A stretch of DNA of 64,000 nt from Camelus dromedarius (GCF_036321535.1 NC_087436.1:46254001-46318000), one strand, 5' to 3'; positions 13,231 to 26,301 are shown, counted from the first letter of the stretch. Notes: generated by a model from the sequence alone, not told the origin. Program-made: numbers and translations.

Positions 13231-13848
13231 ATATTCATTAACCAGATAACCTCTTTTTCTCTCTTTCTACACATACACACACAGACGTGTACAATCTTCA
13301 TCTATTTATCATGATTACTTTTTAGTTCATTCTATGATCTTTTAATCACACCCTATTCTCTTTGGGATTTCTCTTCTTTCATGGAAGGCATGCCATCTTG
13401 TGTCAGATGGAGGATTTCCTACAGTAAATATGTTGAGATGTCTCCTTGCTTTGTTTTGCCGTACCTTTCTCCATAGGTTACATACTGGATTTTTTGTTTG
13501 TTTGTTTGTTTGTTTTTCAATGTGTGTAGTCTTGAGATGAGAGATCAGCCTATGATTGATGATTGCCAGTGAGTTGCCTCTGGCCCCATTCTTGGACCAC
13601 TTGGGTGTGATCCCACTCTCAAATCTACAACTCCCTGGAAGTTTGATACATATATCTTCTTGCTCAGTTTTTCATGTCTGATTGACTTTTATCTAGTAGA
13701 GCTCAGCTGGGCTAAAATGATGTCTTCTCTTGTTTTTTCCCCTCATCCCACATTTCTCTAAATGGAATCATGAAAAACTACAATATGGAGTGCATTGCTT
13801 TTAGAGATAGTGCACCCCTTGTTCCCAATCTTGTTGCCCAATTATTTG

Positions 13849-13905
13849 TAGCTCAGTCTATTATGGAAGGTGAGTTAGCTCAGTATATTATGGAAGGTAA
13901 GTTAG
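13849..13905. repeat. 27-bp tandem duplication
   Basis: TAGCTCAGTCTATTATGGAAGGTGAGT / TAGCTCAGTATATTATGGAAGGTAAGT (25/27 identical). Confidence 0.95.
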
Positions 13906-14549
13906 TGAGAAGAGAACAGGATAGGGCAGTATTCTAGCTGGCTTGAGAAGCAAGTAGGAGTTTTTTTTGTTGTAGCTCTTGTGTTTGTGAATTGAAGAAG
14001 AGATGGTAGGGGAGGACCATGGGCTCTATAATCCCACATTAGAGTTGATGCTGCAGTTATGATCTATTGATTGTGATTCCTGATTTGTTTCATTGGCTTT
14101 GTAATTAGTGGCAAGTTATTCCAGGTTCTTGTCATAGGTCTCCCATTACTCTCATTTTTTATTATGTGACTTTTTTCCTTTTGGGAGGCTGTCTCCATAA
14201 TGCTTTATCATGAAGTTGGAAAATATTGCTTCAGGGGCTGCTTAATCAAATATAATTTTAAGTAGGAAGAAGGAGAAAAGATGTTTTTAATCCTTATATC
14301 ATTTTTTCTTCTGTTGATGTACTTTACTTGCTGTAGAATGAAAGGGAAGACATCATGCCACTGTAGCTTGGGCAAGGAGTTCAGCTGGTTTTAGAAAAAT
14401 GACCACATTTCTCCATTGCAGTTGGCTTTGCCACATTATATCACTATAATCAAATGAAGATGCCAATCACAGAGGGTAGAAAAAACATAATTATATAGAA
14501 TTATACAGTAGCTTCATTTCGAAGCTGTGCCATGATGTAAATGTATGAA

Positions 14550-14765
14550 TTAATAGTGCTAAATACTGTAGCTCTTACAGTGTGCCAGGTACTATTTAAA
14601 ATATTTCTCTGTATTAACTCATTTAGTTTTCCCACTAATTCTATGAAGCAAATATTCTTTTCAGAGGCTTACAGGTGAGAAAACTGAGGCACAGAGAAGT
14701 TGAGTAACTTGTCCTAAGTTTTATACCTGGTTAGTGTCAAAGGTAGAAATCTGAACTTTTTATCC
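14550..14765 (-). mobile_element. MIR SINE
   Basis: Core ACAGGTGAGAAAACTGAGGCACAGAGAAGTTGAGTAACTTGTCC. Confidence 0.85.
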
Positions 14766-16087
14766 TAAAATCCCAAATTCAGGCTTTTTGAATTTTATTA
14801 CTAATCTAAATAGAAGTAAAGAAACCTGGAGGAGTCTTTAACTGAGAAGAAGACAGGATGGAAAAGTTTGTTAAATATGTTTATCTAGAGAGAGAGTACA
14901 CACACACAGAAACATAGAACTTTGTATGCTAGTATTTAAAAAAGGTGGTATCCACTGCAGTAATTTCTTTCTATAGTGTCTCTTTTCTTTCAAGTATTTT
15001 GAAAGTAATTTTTATAAATTTGCCTTTTTTGGTATATACAAATAACTATGGTGATTTCCTAGCATCATACCCTTAAGAGTTTTTCCCTGTAACAATGGTA
15101 AAATTGCATTGGCCCATTCTTTATTTTTTCATATCACTTTCCATAGACCATCAATAGTTTGAATTTGTGAGATGGATGAACACAGTTTTGAATCTAAGTT
15201 TTGGCCACAAAAGGCTGCAAATCATACAGTGATGTTGAATACATGACTTTGGATCTTTTCAGAAACATTCTCTAATCAAATCAGCTCCTGGGAGCAGATT
15301 ATTTACATCTAGAAAGCAAACATTATGTAAATGGTTCTTCTTCCCACATTTGTTTAGAGGGCCCCAGAATTATCCCCAGGTGGAGAAGTCTACGTTTTAT
15401 TGTCTCCTGGGTGTAGTAACCATGTGTAATTTGTTGGACTATGGAATGAGCTACCCTTCTGGAGAGGACCACTTGAAAGGGTTACCACAGAAGGGCCTCC
15501 ATTGTCTTTGGTGAGCTTTTTTATTTTTTTTTGCATTTTCAAGAATTCCTGAATCTACTAGAACATTCTTGGGATGCTTTTTTAAAAATTGTGTTGGGAT
15601 GTTTTTATAGGCATCATGCAATAATATAAAATATGAGGTATGGCATGCATTCTCAAACAAAATTAACTTTGGAGCCAGAGATCCTTTTTCTCTCTGAAAA
15701 TTTTGACCATTTATATCAAGTGTTTCTTCAATTTTTTTACCTTAAAAATCCAAAGACATAAGAAATATTTGAGAAAAGAGGAAAATGGAATCAATATGCA
15801 AAAATGATCAGGGTAAATGAATAGAGATTAGAAAATTTTTTGTTTTCATACATATAGGACAAAGGAGTGAAATCTTTCAGTTTTCTGAGAAGACTTAATG
15901 ATGAAGAATTGAAGTGATTTCTCTAAAGTGACAGCTTGTGGGCCATGGGGAGGAGACTGCAGTGTGGCTGTCTTTTGTTCCACCAGATCGCAGCCATTTG
16001 AAGGCTGGCATAATAACCAAGGTTCTGTTGAGAAAGATGCTCTTCTCTCACATATTTGGTAGATTATGACAAATGGAAGAAAGACCT

Positions 16088-16463
16088 TGCATTAATCTGC
16101 TTAGGCTGCCGTAACAAAACACTATAGACTGGGTGGCTTAAATAACATAAATTAACTTTCTCACAGTTAGAGGCTAGAAGTCTCAGATCAAGGTTTGTCA
16201 GGGTTGGTTTCTGATGAGTGGTGTCTTTCTGTCTTGCAGATAGCCACCTTCTTGCTGTGTCCTCACATGATGACAGAGAGAGAATGAGCCCTCTGGTGTC
16301 CCTTCTTATAAGGACACTAACACTATTAGTTTAGGGCCCCACCCTTATGACCTTATTTAACCTTAATTACTTCCTTAGAGGCCTTATCCCCAAATACAGC
16401 CACACTGGGGTTTAGAGCTTCGTATTGAATTTGGCGGGGAACACAAACATTCAATCCATAACA
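16088..16463 (-). mobile_element. MaLR solo LTR (MLT1A/MST-like)
   Basis: GGCTGCCGTAACAAAACACTATAGACTGGGTGGCTTAAATAAC...ACATTCAATCCATAACA. Perfect 5-bp TSD GACCT (16083-16087, 16464-16468). Confidence 0.92.
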
Positions 16464-16539
16464 GACCTGTAGTGTTTCCTAATTATAGTGGAGGAAAGCT
16501 ATATAAATTCTTTATCTAAATCATAGGCAAGAGAGAAGA

Positions 16540-16745
16540 AACTTAGGTTTGGTATTAGACAGATCTAGATTTGAACCTGTGGCTCCTCTACTTTGTACCT
16601 ATGTGACTATGGATACATTATTTAATCTTTCTTAGTTTTCTCATTTGTGAAATGGGAGTGATAATTCTTTAGGCCTATTGTATAATGCACTTAGCACAGT
16701 GTTGTTTGTATGTTCAAATGCTCAATATAAGAAAATGATTATTAT
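16540..16745 (+). mobile_element. MIR SINE
   Basis: TTAGTTTTCTCATTTGTGAAATGGGAGTGATAAT...GCACTTAGCACAGTG...ATGCTCAATA. Confidence 0.75.
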
Positions 16746-19700
16746 TTTTAGCCCATAGATTTAGGATAGCCCAAAGATTCAGTTTGCCTTGTCCAAGTAA
16801 AGCAAATATTTCCTAGAGTTTAGACTGTCTTATGATATGAATAATCTTAGGAGAAGTAAAGCTGTTATATTATGAGTATATAATTAGGGAAGCAGCAAAG
16901 CTACATATACTTTTTTTTAATGGCTTTTAATTTTAATTTTAATGACTTTCTTTGGTCTTAAGATTCTTGACTGTTTATAACACTTTCTTTTTCTCTACAA
17001 ATCTTTGAATTTCAAATCTGTTTATACCAGTGAAGATTTTCCACTGACTCATCTTCTGGGGGCCCCAGAGGGCAGAATCGGGACCAAGAGATGGGGTTTT
17101 ATGGGAGAAAGATTTAATCTCAACTAAAGAAAGAACTGTGGAACAGTTTGAGCCATTTGAATAAGGAATGAATTTTCTCATGAGGTGGTGAGTTCCTCGT
17201 CTCTGAACAAGGACCCCTTGGCAAGAATATTGTAGGGTTTCAAGAAAAGGACAGGAAGCTGCTATATGTGACCTGAGAGATCTCTTCCATCTTGAAATTC
17301 TGACATTACAGAATGTCACTTTCAGGAGGTCTCTCTCTTTAGGAAAGGGTGTACAAATGGAAATTACCTCAGTGTCTGGCTTATGACTTAGAAAATAGAA
17401 CTCTGATTGGCCTGTTCAGGCAGCTTTGGAACTTGAAGTTCTTTCAGATCGTACCTTATGTCTTAAGGCTACTGACCATGACTGTGGAGCTAAATATAGC
17501 CTAGAAAGTACCATTGTATCCGCCACTATGAGCCAGTGCAGCCAGACTTGCTTCTTACCTTGGTGTCTAACACTTCATTAGGCTCTGGACACAATCCTTT
17601 TGTTAGATGCCAGCACAAGCATTTCATTACAGATTCAGGAAATGATGAAGAGATAAATGTTAAAAAGAATGTTTCCAAGGAAGATATTAATGGAGTGTTA
17701 ATGCATCTCACTCTCTTCCCAGAGTAGAATTCTCTAGAGGATTTTGGGTTTATGAGAGAGAGGGTTAATCCCCACCAATAGACTCCATTGCTTCATTTAA
17801 GTAAATATGAATATTAATTAAAATACTGAGTTTAACACTTCTTTGTAAGCAAAATTCCTTGATAACTTCTATCTGGAACAAAGCCATATGCTTGCTCAGT
17901 CATGGAAACCTAGAGCTGAAAAAACTAATATATGCTTTCCCTAGCTCTGGTGCAAGACAATAACAACATTGTATTCTCCAACCTGAAGAACTTTAGACAG
18001 CAGCATTTTCTTCATGAAATGAGCTTCAAAGGAAACTTGTGAAAAAACGTTTGAAAGAGTTTCCTGAGCTCAGTCATTTTTTAAAGCTGCTGTGTGTTTT
18101 CAAGGTATTAGTAATATGGGCTTCATAAATACTTTAAGTTTAAAAATTAATATAATCTTCACCTTTTCAGCTTGGACACTAAATCACAATGCTATTCTGA
18201 ATTTTCTCACTGTCTTATTAAAAAACAGCAAGCGAGATGTGCAGACCGGCATGTGTTGTGCCCTTCTTGAAGTTTTTTGCTTTTAGGCTCAGCATTTATT
18301 TCTAGCAACAAAGAATGCTTTAAAGTGCATACTATTTTTCACACTAGAGTTTCACATGTTTTTGAGATGCTCTAGAGAATCTGAAATGCCTCATACAGTT
18401 CATCAATATAAAGATGAAAAACTGTGCTTGCTGTATCTCTGAGCCACCCTTAAAGTGACCTATAAGACTTGAAATCACTTGGAGTAGGGCAAAAAGAAAG
18501 AGAAAAGCACAGAAAAGTGAGGCCTGCAAAATGAAATAAAAGTCTTTGCATTTGTCCCACTAATTACCAAACAAATGTTTGTTCTTTGCTTCTGGGACTT
18601 GAGATGTGGTTGATGAGTGGAAACCTTGGAGCTTGACTTCTGTTCAGCATTTGGTACTGGTACAAACTTCATCAGTTTTTCTCTCTCACTCTTGCCTTAC
18701 ATTCTCTTCTCTTTCTCTCCTTTCTAGATTTATGGCAGGTGGGTATGGGTGCAAAGAATCAGAGTCCTTGATATTGTATGATCAGGATGCGGGGGAATGG
18801 AGAACAATCTGGTCTGGTTAATTTATTTTAAAGTCTCCTGTAATATGTTTGCAGGTATGGGAGTGGTGAGGCGCTTCTCCCTCTCTCACCATATTACTTG
18901 GGTTAATAGTCCTACAAGATTAATACATGATGGTTTTAACAGTTGCATGTAATGAAAGTAACTAGGCCAATCCTTGTTTTAAATATTCCTGACACCATGT
19001 AAAAAGGTTGCAGTATAATGAACAGTGAAATGGGGACAAAAAGGATTTTGATAAAGCTAGGCTGGTTCTGTTTTTTTTTTAATGCTGTGACCTCTATTGT
19101 TCTCAGAAAAGCAGCTTGAAGCTTGAAGGGCTAATAGGAAACCTTTTCTGTATTATAGTACAAAAAGTTCTCAGGCTGCCAGTTTGCAATTTATCCTAAC
19201 ACCTGCTGGGGTAGGCACCAGGGCTCTAAATCTGCTTCTGATTCCAATGGCCTTATGTTGTGTGTGACTTTAGTCACTTGCCCATGAAGTGAGGGAACTC
19301 TAAATCTCTAGAATCTCAGTTTTGCTTAATAGGAAAGTTTTTATAAAGTTTACATAGGGCTATCTAAATGAGTTTTGTTTTCAGCTGTTACCTGGGCATT
19401 CTTAGTGCTTTAGCACTCTGTTAGAATGTTGGAAAAATGCCATAGCACCTATGCACCAAAAACATTGCCCAATCTTTTACCTTGTTTATCAAATGTTTTA
19501 TTTTTAAACAGTTATATTGATTTTTTTTTTAAATGAAAGCCATCTTTATTCAAACACTATTATATATGGCTGTTGGGATCACTATAATCATGCCGTAGTT
19601 CACTCTTTCGGGTTCCTTTTGCTTAGTGTTGAACAAAACTTACCCTCTTGCCCATACATCCTGCTCTGTACTTTATACAAATAATTTAAAACAATAGCAA

Positions 19701-19954
19701 GCTACCTTGAAAGTAGTACGGTGCATCCTGTTTGAACAATTAGCAATTAATTTTTACTTTCAAAATATAGATCACAGTATTTTAATATAGGTAATAATAT
19801 AATCTCTCTCTATAGAGATTACATTTATATTATTTAATATAATCTATATTTCATTTGGGTAAGTGATGTTTTTATGAATTATTAAATTTATTTAATTTCA
19901 TGGTGAAATCAAACAGTCACCATTTGGAGTAGGGAGTTTTATGGATGGAACTCT

Positions 19955-20060
19955 GGTCTGTGAAGCCCCTGGAATTTGAATGTAAAATGATATGTGTATG
20001 CTAATTTTCTGGGGAGAAGTTTTATAATTTTTGTTAGGTTCTTAAAGAGATTCTGTCCCC
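19955..20060. mobile_element. hAT-Charlie MITE fragment (same family as 41537-41685, opposite orientation)
   Basis: ATTTTCTGGGGAGAAG...TTCTTAAAGAGATTCTGTCCC resembles the reverse complement of GGGTCACAGACTCCTTTGAGAA...CAGAGAAAA. Confidence 0.55.
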
Positions 20061-20664
20061 GACTCCCACCCCCAAACACATACAAAATTCAAGAAACAAA
20101 GGATTAATATAAAGTTAGAGGGGCTGGCAAAAACTTGGTGGGCTGGTGAAAAGATTTAAGGATTTATTTCCAAGATTGTTGTGATTTAATGGCCTGGAAC
20201 TCAATGAGGAAGTGATTCCTAATGTACAGAACTTGCATCCTTCAATACAGACCTTTGGAAAGACCTTTATGGAAACTTGTATTGCATGATGATATTAACG
20301 TTGGGAGTTATGATAATATATGTTCGGTTCTCTTTCCTTATGAAAAAAATTTCTAGAAATGTTACGACCATGTGTATCAAAGTATTATTTTAGTAGCATT
20401 TTTACAAACACTAAAAAATTAGACAACCAGCTTTTAATTTTTTCATTGAAAATTTAAGTAATTTGCAAAGACTGCTTTTATTTTCTGAAATTGTGGCCAT
20501 TTATGACATTATTTCAAAGGGATCTTTAAACTTCAAAAATAGAAATTTAAAGTTTGTAAAAGTTTTACAAACTTCTCAGTGGAAGTGGAAACCTTCTTAA
20601 TATAAGAGATTTTTAAAAGAATCTCTGAATTCTGAAAGCCCTATATGTAATCATCACCATCACC

Positions 20665-20802
20665 ATCTGTGCCAGGCTCTATTCTAAGTACTTGTCATGT
20701 GTTAGCTTGTTTAATTGTAATTCTGTGCAATAAGTACTACTATTAGCCCCATTTCACAGATAAGAAGACTGAAGCAAAGAGAGGTTAAGTAACTTGACCA
20801 GC
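20665..20802 (-). mobile_element. MIR SINE
   Basis: TGTGCCAGGCTCTATTCTAAGTACTT...CCCCATTTCACAGATAAGAAGACTGAAGCAAAGAGAGGTTAAGTAACTTG. Confidence 0.85.
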
Positions 20803-23800
20803 ATGCTTTTTCCATATAATTTAAATATGTGAAAAAAAAGTATGGTTACATTTTACTGTCATTCTGGTTTTTCTTTATATCTGGTCATCAGAGCTAGAGT
20901 AGTAAAAGGCTGAACACTTATGCATTTGACTCCTTATTCGGGCTTCAAAGTTAAATTTATCTCATAATTTAGCTTTGTATTTTGAGGTCGCTTTGGCATT
21001 GTTGCTAGAGATCTAATGTTATGGTCATTTGTGGGTATTTACTAATTAACTTGAGATCTACAATCAATTTATCTATATTTTAATCTTCCTACATTTCTCT
21101 CTAAATAAATTTTGAGAGTAAGATATTAAACATTTGCACCAAAGTGAAGGCCTCACTCTAACAAGGCATGTTCCTATCTTAACATGTTTATCCTTCTAAC
21201 AACATGCACTAAGCACAGAAAGTTCACATTTTACTAAAACTGCATGGTGCTTACTGCATTGCAGCATCTGTTTGACAGAAGCCTTGGAACACAATAATTA
21301 AAGTATGTAAATCTCTTCATAATGGGCTGATTTTACAGTCATTGCTCATGGAAAATCCCTTTTGATTTCAGATGCAATGCATTTTGTCATTAACTTTTAA
21401 TTGTTGATTAAATAATAAGAAACATACAGAGAACTTTCTAGACCTCTATTTAAAAATAAAGCAACAGTCTGATAAACTTTTCTAGTAAGTTTCCAAGTTT
21501 CCAAACTCTAAAGAAGACTGAATTAACAAAAATACAACTTTAAAACTTAAAATTTGGTTTTGTGGAAGATCTGAAAAAAATACATTTATAGGTTTATAGC
21601 ACAGAAAGTGTTGGTTAAATGCTTTTGTGACTGGTTATTTCAAAGAATGAGATTTGTGAAACAAATTGAGATAAAATTACTACATACTCACATGGAAGCT
21701 ACCTTTCTTTACCCTAGCCGGGGACGTTTCTAACAGGGAGTTTGGTTTCTGAAATTCAGAGAAATTGAAGTGAGGAGCAAATGTTTAGGATCATGAATGC
21801 GTATCTGGGGTCTCAGATGACTGTGTGTCACAGGATGGGATGGACATGCATAGTTGGACGGGACAGGCTTTGAAATCAGCAGCTCTTGTGGGAGCTGCCC
21901 AAACAGTTGCTGTGTCAGGTGCAGCGGGCGGGGAGGCGAGGACAGTTCAGGCAGGTTGCTTGGGAGGCTGTCTGTGACTCAGTAGAGGATGTGCAGCTCT
22001 TGCCAGTTCAGAAGAATCTCAGAGATGTTGATTTAATAGAGTGGGACACAGGTGGTGACTGTCACCTTGAAGGTCCTCTTGTCATTAGTGGCAGATGACT
22101 TGCTGTGCCTTCAGATCAGGAAGTGGGGATATGATTTTCTGAATTCTTCCTCAGTGGCAGACAAAACTTGGAAAAACATTTTCAGACAACTTTCCCCTCA
22201 CCTTTTAAAAAATGAAAGTCTGATATTGCTTCATTAAGTATATTTCTTAATGTTACCTGCTTGAGTGACCCCCTACTGTCTCCTATTAAGGCCTGTTGTT
22301 ATGGAAAGCTCTATATAATATTCCATTAGATTTGAATCTCAAAGGTTGGCTAGGTATTATAAAATCTATTTTTTGAGGTGAAGAAACTGAGGCCTAGAGA
22401 GATTCGTTTGTCACAGCCACAACATAGTTAACAAATACAAGGTCAAATGTCAATCTGAATTGATTGGCACCACGTTTAGTTCAGTGTTCTTTCTACAGCA
22501 CGATGCTCTGTCTAAGTGAAAAGTTCTGGTTATTGTTATTTTCCCCCTTAATTCCGCAATATTCAGGCTAAAACAACAACAGCTCGTGGGCCCATTGTTA
22601 AGTTAACCCTTACCTAACGTAGTTGAGAAAGTTTTGGAATTTCATTTCCTTGGGAAAAAGGTACTTGACAATTCCCTCTTTTAAGGAATGTTTCAGGTAT
22701 TTGAATTTGTTATACTGTATTTGAATCACTGGCATGGGGATGTATAAGGAGGGAACATAAACTGCCAGAATGGTAAAAAGAAACTTATTTAAATAGATAA
22801 CTGAATTAGGGCAAGAAGTTAGGTCCCCAGAAATTGTAAGATCAGTCTATATTAAGCCTAGTATAATGGACAAAAATAGATATTTTGCTTGTGTTTAATT
22901 CATTTACCCATTTTAAAGCACTACCTTTGAAACACTACTCAGTTCTTTAGGAAGCAGTGGTTCGTGATAGCTCAGGTCAGCTTTACCCACCGAGTCTTGC
23001 CTCACAAGATTAACATGTCTCTGCTCTTTTGCCTTGTTTATATGGTTAATTTTGATAACGGGCAGCTTGTAGTCACTGATGTTTGTTGAGGAGGGCACCC
23101 CCAGAAGCAGATTTAATTGGGGCCATAATTACACAATGAATCCCATTATCTGGCAAATCATGCTCTAAAGTTTTAAATTATTCAAAACTGTTTTTGTTGT
23201 GGGCTCTGGCACATCCTCATTAGCATGGAGCTGGCCGGCCAGGCTGAATCAATCATGCAGGGAGAATTCATGTCCTGCCAGGCTTGTCGCCTCCTGTTAA
23301 CTCACAAGATAAACTTGGCCTGGGATTCGTCTTGGCTGGGAAGAGTGTCGGCTGTATGGATGGCAGGTGGTGCCCGCGCCACTGGGCCTAAAGGTTCAGC
23401 ATCAAAATGGAGGAGCAGGGTCTGGAGATGAGGGCCAGTCCTGGAGGAACCCTGCGGGAATAGAGCTTTGCAGCCTACTGTGGTCCCTGGAATAACACAA
23501 GACCCTCCGTTTAATGTTTTTGAATGTACATTTTTACCGGCAACCCCCAAGTGCTGTGATGGGTGAGTGGTTCTCCAGGCTGTTTTTCAAGTTTTATTTA
23601 CACTACATTTTTAAACCTTAACAATTTTTACCTCCATCTCACTCACTCTACAGACAATGAAATCGAAGCTCTGAGAGGAATGTGTCCAAGTGACATAGTG
23701 AGACAGTGACAGATGGGGCTTCTGATTCAGGACGATGTGGACCCCTCTCCTTCCCATCTCTTGTCATTATGAAGGAGAATGTTATTTTCCAATTTGGGAA

Positions 23801-23876
23801 CTTGATTTTGTTTGTCTGCATATTTGTGTCTGTTATTTGTTCTCAGACCAGGAAATCCAACTACAGATACCCAACC

Positions 23877-24276
23877 TGTACTGATTTCCCAGGGCTCTTG
23901 TTGCAAGTTACTGCAAACTTGACAGCTGAAAACAGAAATTTATTCCCTCATAATTCTGGAGGACAGCAATCCAAAATCTAGGTGTCAGCAGGGCAATGCT
24001 GCCTCTGAACTCTGAGGGAAAATCCTACTTTGCCTTTTCCAGCTTCTAGGTGTTTCCTGGCTTGTGGCAGAATAACTCCAGTCTCTGGCTGTCTTCACAT
24101 GGCCTTCTCCTCTTACTATAAAGACACTTGTCATTAAACTTAGAGCCCACTTGGTTAATCCAGGATGCTTTTGAGACTCTTCATTAATTACAGCTGCAAA
24201 GATCTTTTTTTCCAAACAAAGTCTCATTCATGGGTACTAGGGTTAGGACTTGGGGGCCACAATTCAACCCACTGTA
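23877..24276 (-). mobile_element. MaLR solo LTR (MLT1C-like)
   Basis: AAACAGAAATTTATTCCCTCATAATTCTGGAGG...CCAGCTTCTAG...TTAATTACAGCTGCAAAGA...GGGGCCACAATTCAACCCACTGTA. Confidence 0.88.
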
Positions 24277-25505
24277 CCATTCTCAGTCTATCTTAATTCA
24301 CTCAACACTTTATTTATAGGAACTTTCCCATTTTTACTTTTATTTTTTTCACTTCAGCCTGTATTTATTGACCCTTCCTCGTCTCTGGGAGAAGCATTAA
24401 TTATCAGCACTTTCCCTGGATCATCTTCTCTGATGAGTCAAGTCCCTTCTCTAGATTCTGTGCGAACTCCTTGAGGACAGGGCTATATATTTTATATTTG
24501 TAGTTTCAGTGGATGGCCCTGGCAGTTGTCTAATAAATGTTGAATAGATGAATGGCTGTATGACAATTAGTAGAACTTTTCAAATGTTTGTGATCTGTTA
24601 TACTATTCTCTAATGCAGTTCTATTAAACAACATTTTCAATATAGGGATTGACTCTTGCTGGAAAAGACATTTGGTAGTCATGAAATATAAGGTAAAAAT
24701 AATTTAAAATGAGTTATAAAATGCTGATACCGTGGGCCCCATATAAGGATGAAGGAAAAAACTTATTAAATGCAGCTGCACATCTGTGGGTCTTCATTAG
24801 ACAGGTTTGACCTGAACTTTTAGCTTTACCATGGCATTTTGTGTGGCTTTAGATCTACCTATTGAATGGCTACAAGTTCAATGGATGTTGAAGTATTTTA
24901 TTCTCAAAAAAATTGAGACTGATTATTTGTAAAAATTAAATATAATGGGATAAACAAATAAATAACATTTGTGAATACTTGGGTAAATTGACTTTATGTA
25001 CCAGCAGGGAAATATTTAATCTTAAAAAGTATGAGGAGAAAAAAAGTCACATGTTTTTAAGGTATAATCACAATTATATATTTTGTATGAAGAACTCTTA
25101 CTGGAATAATGTATATTCACCCAATCTGGTGGTTTAATTAGACAAGATTCCCCTGGACCTACACTAACATAAACTAGTTAAAGTTGGTTAATAATGATTA
25201 CTTCATGGAATATTCATTAAGTGGTGAAGATTCATTCTCAAAGCCCCAATTTTCAGATTAAAATGTACTAGCTGCATAAAAACCCAGGTTTAGATTTGAT
25301 ATTTGCTTTGTAATGCTAGAAACTCGATGTCATTTTTTCATGACTTTGACCATGAGTAGAGACCCCTGGAAGCTTCCATTTCCTTTTCTGGTAATAAAGC
25401 TTAACACTCAATTAAAATGATGGTTTATATGAAAAAAAAGAAACAACCAATGTATTAGAACAACCAATAAAGTTGTTGTTTTACTTGCTTCCTTTCCACC
25501 CCATT

Positions 25506-25960
25506 GGTGAAGGAAGGATTCCTGCCCTAGATTTACAGGGATGGCTGAACTCACAACACCTGACATTGGACAGAGGCAATGGACAACAGTTTCCTAGTCA
25601 CATATTCTCATAGCTGGGGGAGGAGGACACCACATGCTATGCCAGGTCACACAGAGTTTGCATAACCAAAGGCTGTGAAAGGCAGACTTCATAGTATCAA
25701 GAGGGTGGGGTGCCCTTGGTTCCCATGGAGGATATGATTGGCTTGCTTGAAAAATTCTATAGACTGACAGGGAACTGAAACCCTCTGCTCATGGATAAGT
25801 AGGGTCCCCTTGATAAAAAGGGTTGCTGGCTAGGGGACTTTACCTGTGGGAGCAGGGTGGGGAGGGGAGCTTGCAATTAGACCACTTGAGGCCCTCCCAG
25901 TTTCACCAAATGTCAGGGCAGCTTGTAATATTGGGCCTTAATTTTAGTTCTTGTGATCTC
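25506..25960 (-). mobile_element. ERVL-class solo LTR (MER74/MER73-like)
   Basis: GC-richer block with ACACCTGACATTGGACAGA...AACAGTTT..TAGTCACAT, GATATGATTGGCTTGCTTGAAAAATTC. Family and strand assignment tentative. Confidence 0.55.
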
Positions 25961-26301
25961 ACTTGTTACTTGTGATTTGCAGGGTTTTAACATTTTTAGG
26001 TACAGAACTGTATTCATTTCTCATAAACGTCAGAGACTCAGGGGTGATAAATTTTTACTTGTAGTCTATGGACAGAATTTAGAAAGTGGCCCAAGGGTTA
26101 TGTTTTACAAGTTCTAGCACCTCTCTCAGCATCTAGCTTTAAAACTTATGAAATTAGAAAATTTAAGCTATTCAGTATATGCAAGAATTGTATCTGACAA
26201 TAATTATATTTTTGAGTTTGTAAATGATTTATTTAAAACCTACTGTAACTATTGTCATTTTTGGTAACAAAGTGAGTTCTTCCTCCATGAGAATTTCTAT
26301 A

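Noticed and set aside
17061..17076. CTCF-like GCCCCAGAGGGCAG
   Set aside because: It mismatches the 5' core of the consensus, which is insufficient alone.
17536..17727. Protein-like stretch DSGNDEEINVKKNVSKEDING
   Set aside because: No recognisable homologue, a weak acceptor and no good donor. It is likely chance purine-rich sequence.
24739..24748. CArG box CCATATAAGG
   Set aside because: Several such matches are expected by chance in 64 kb of AT-rich DNA, and there is no supporting context.
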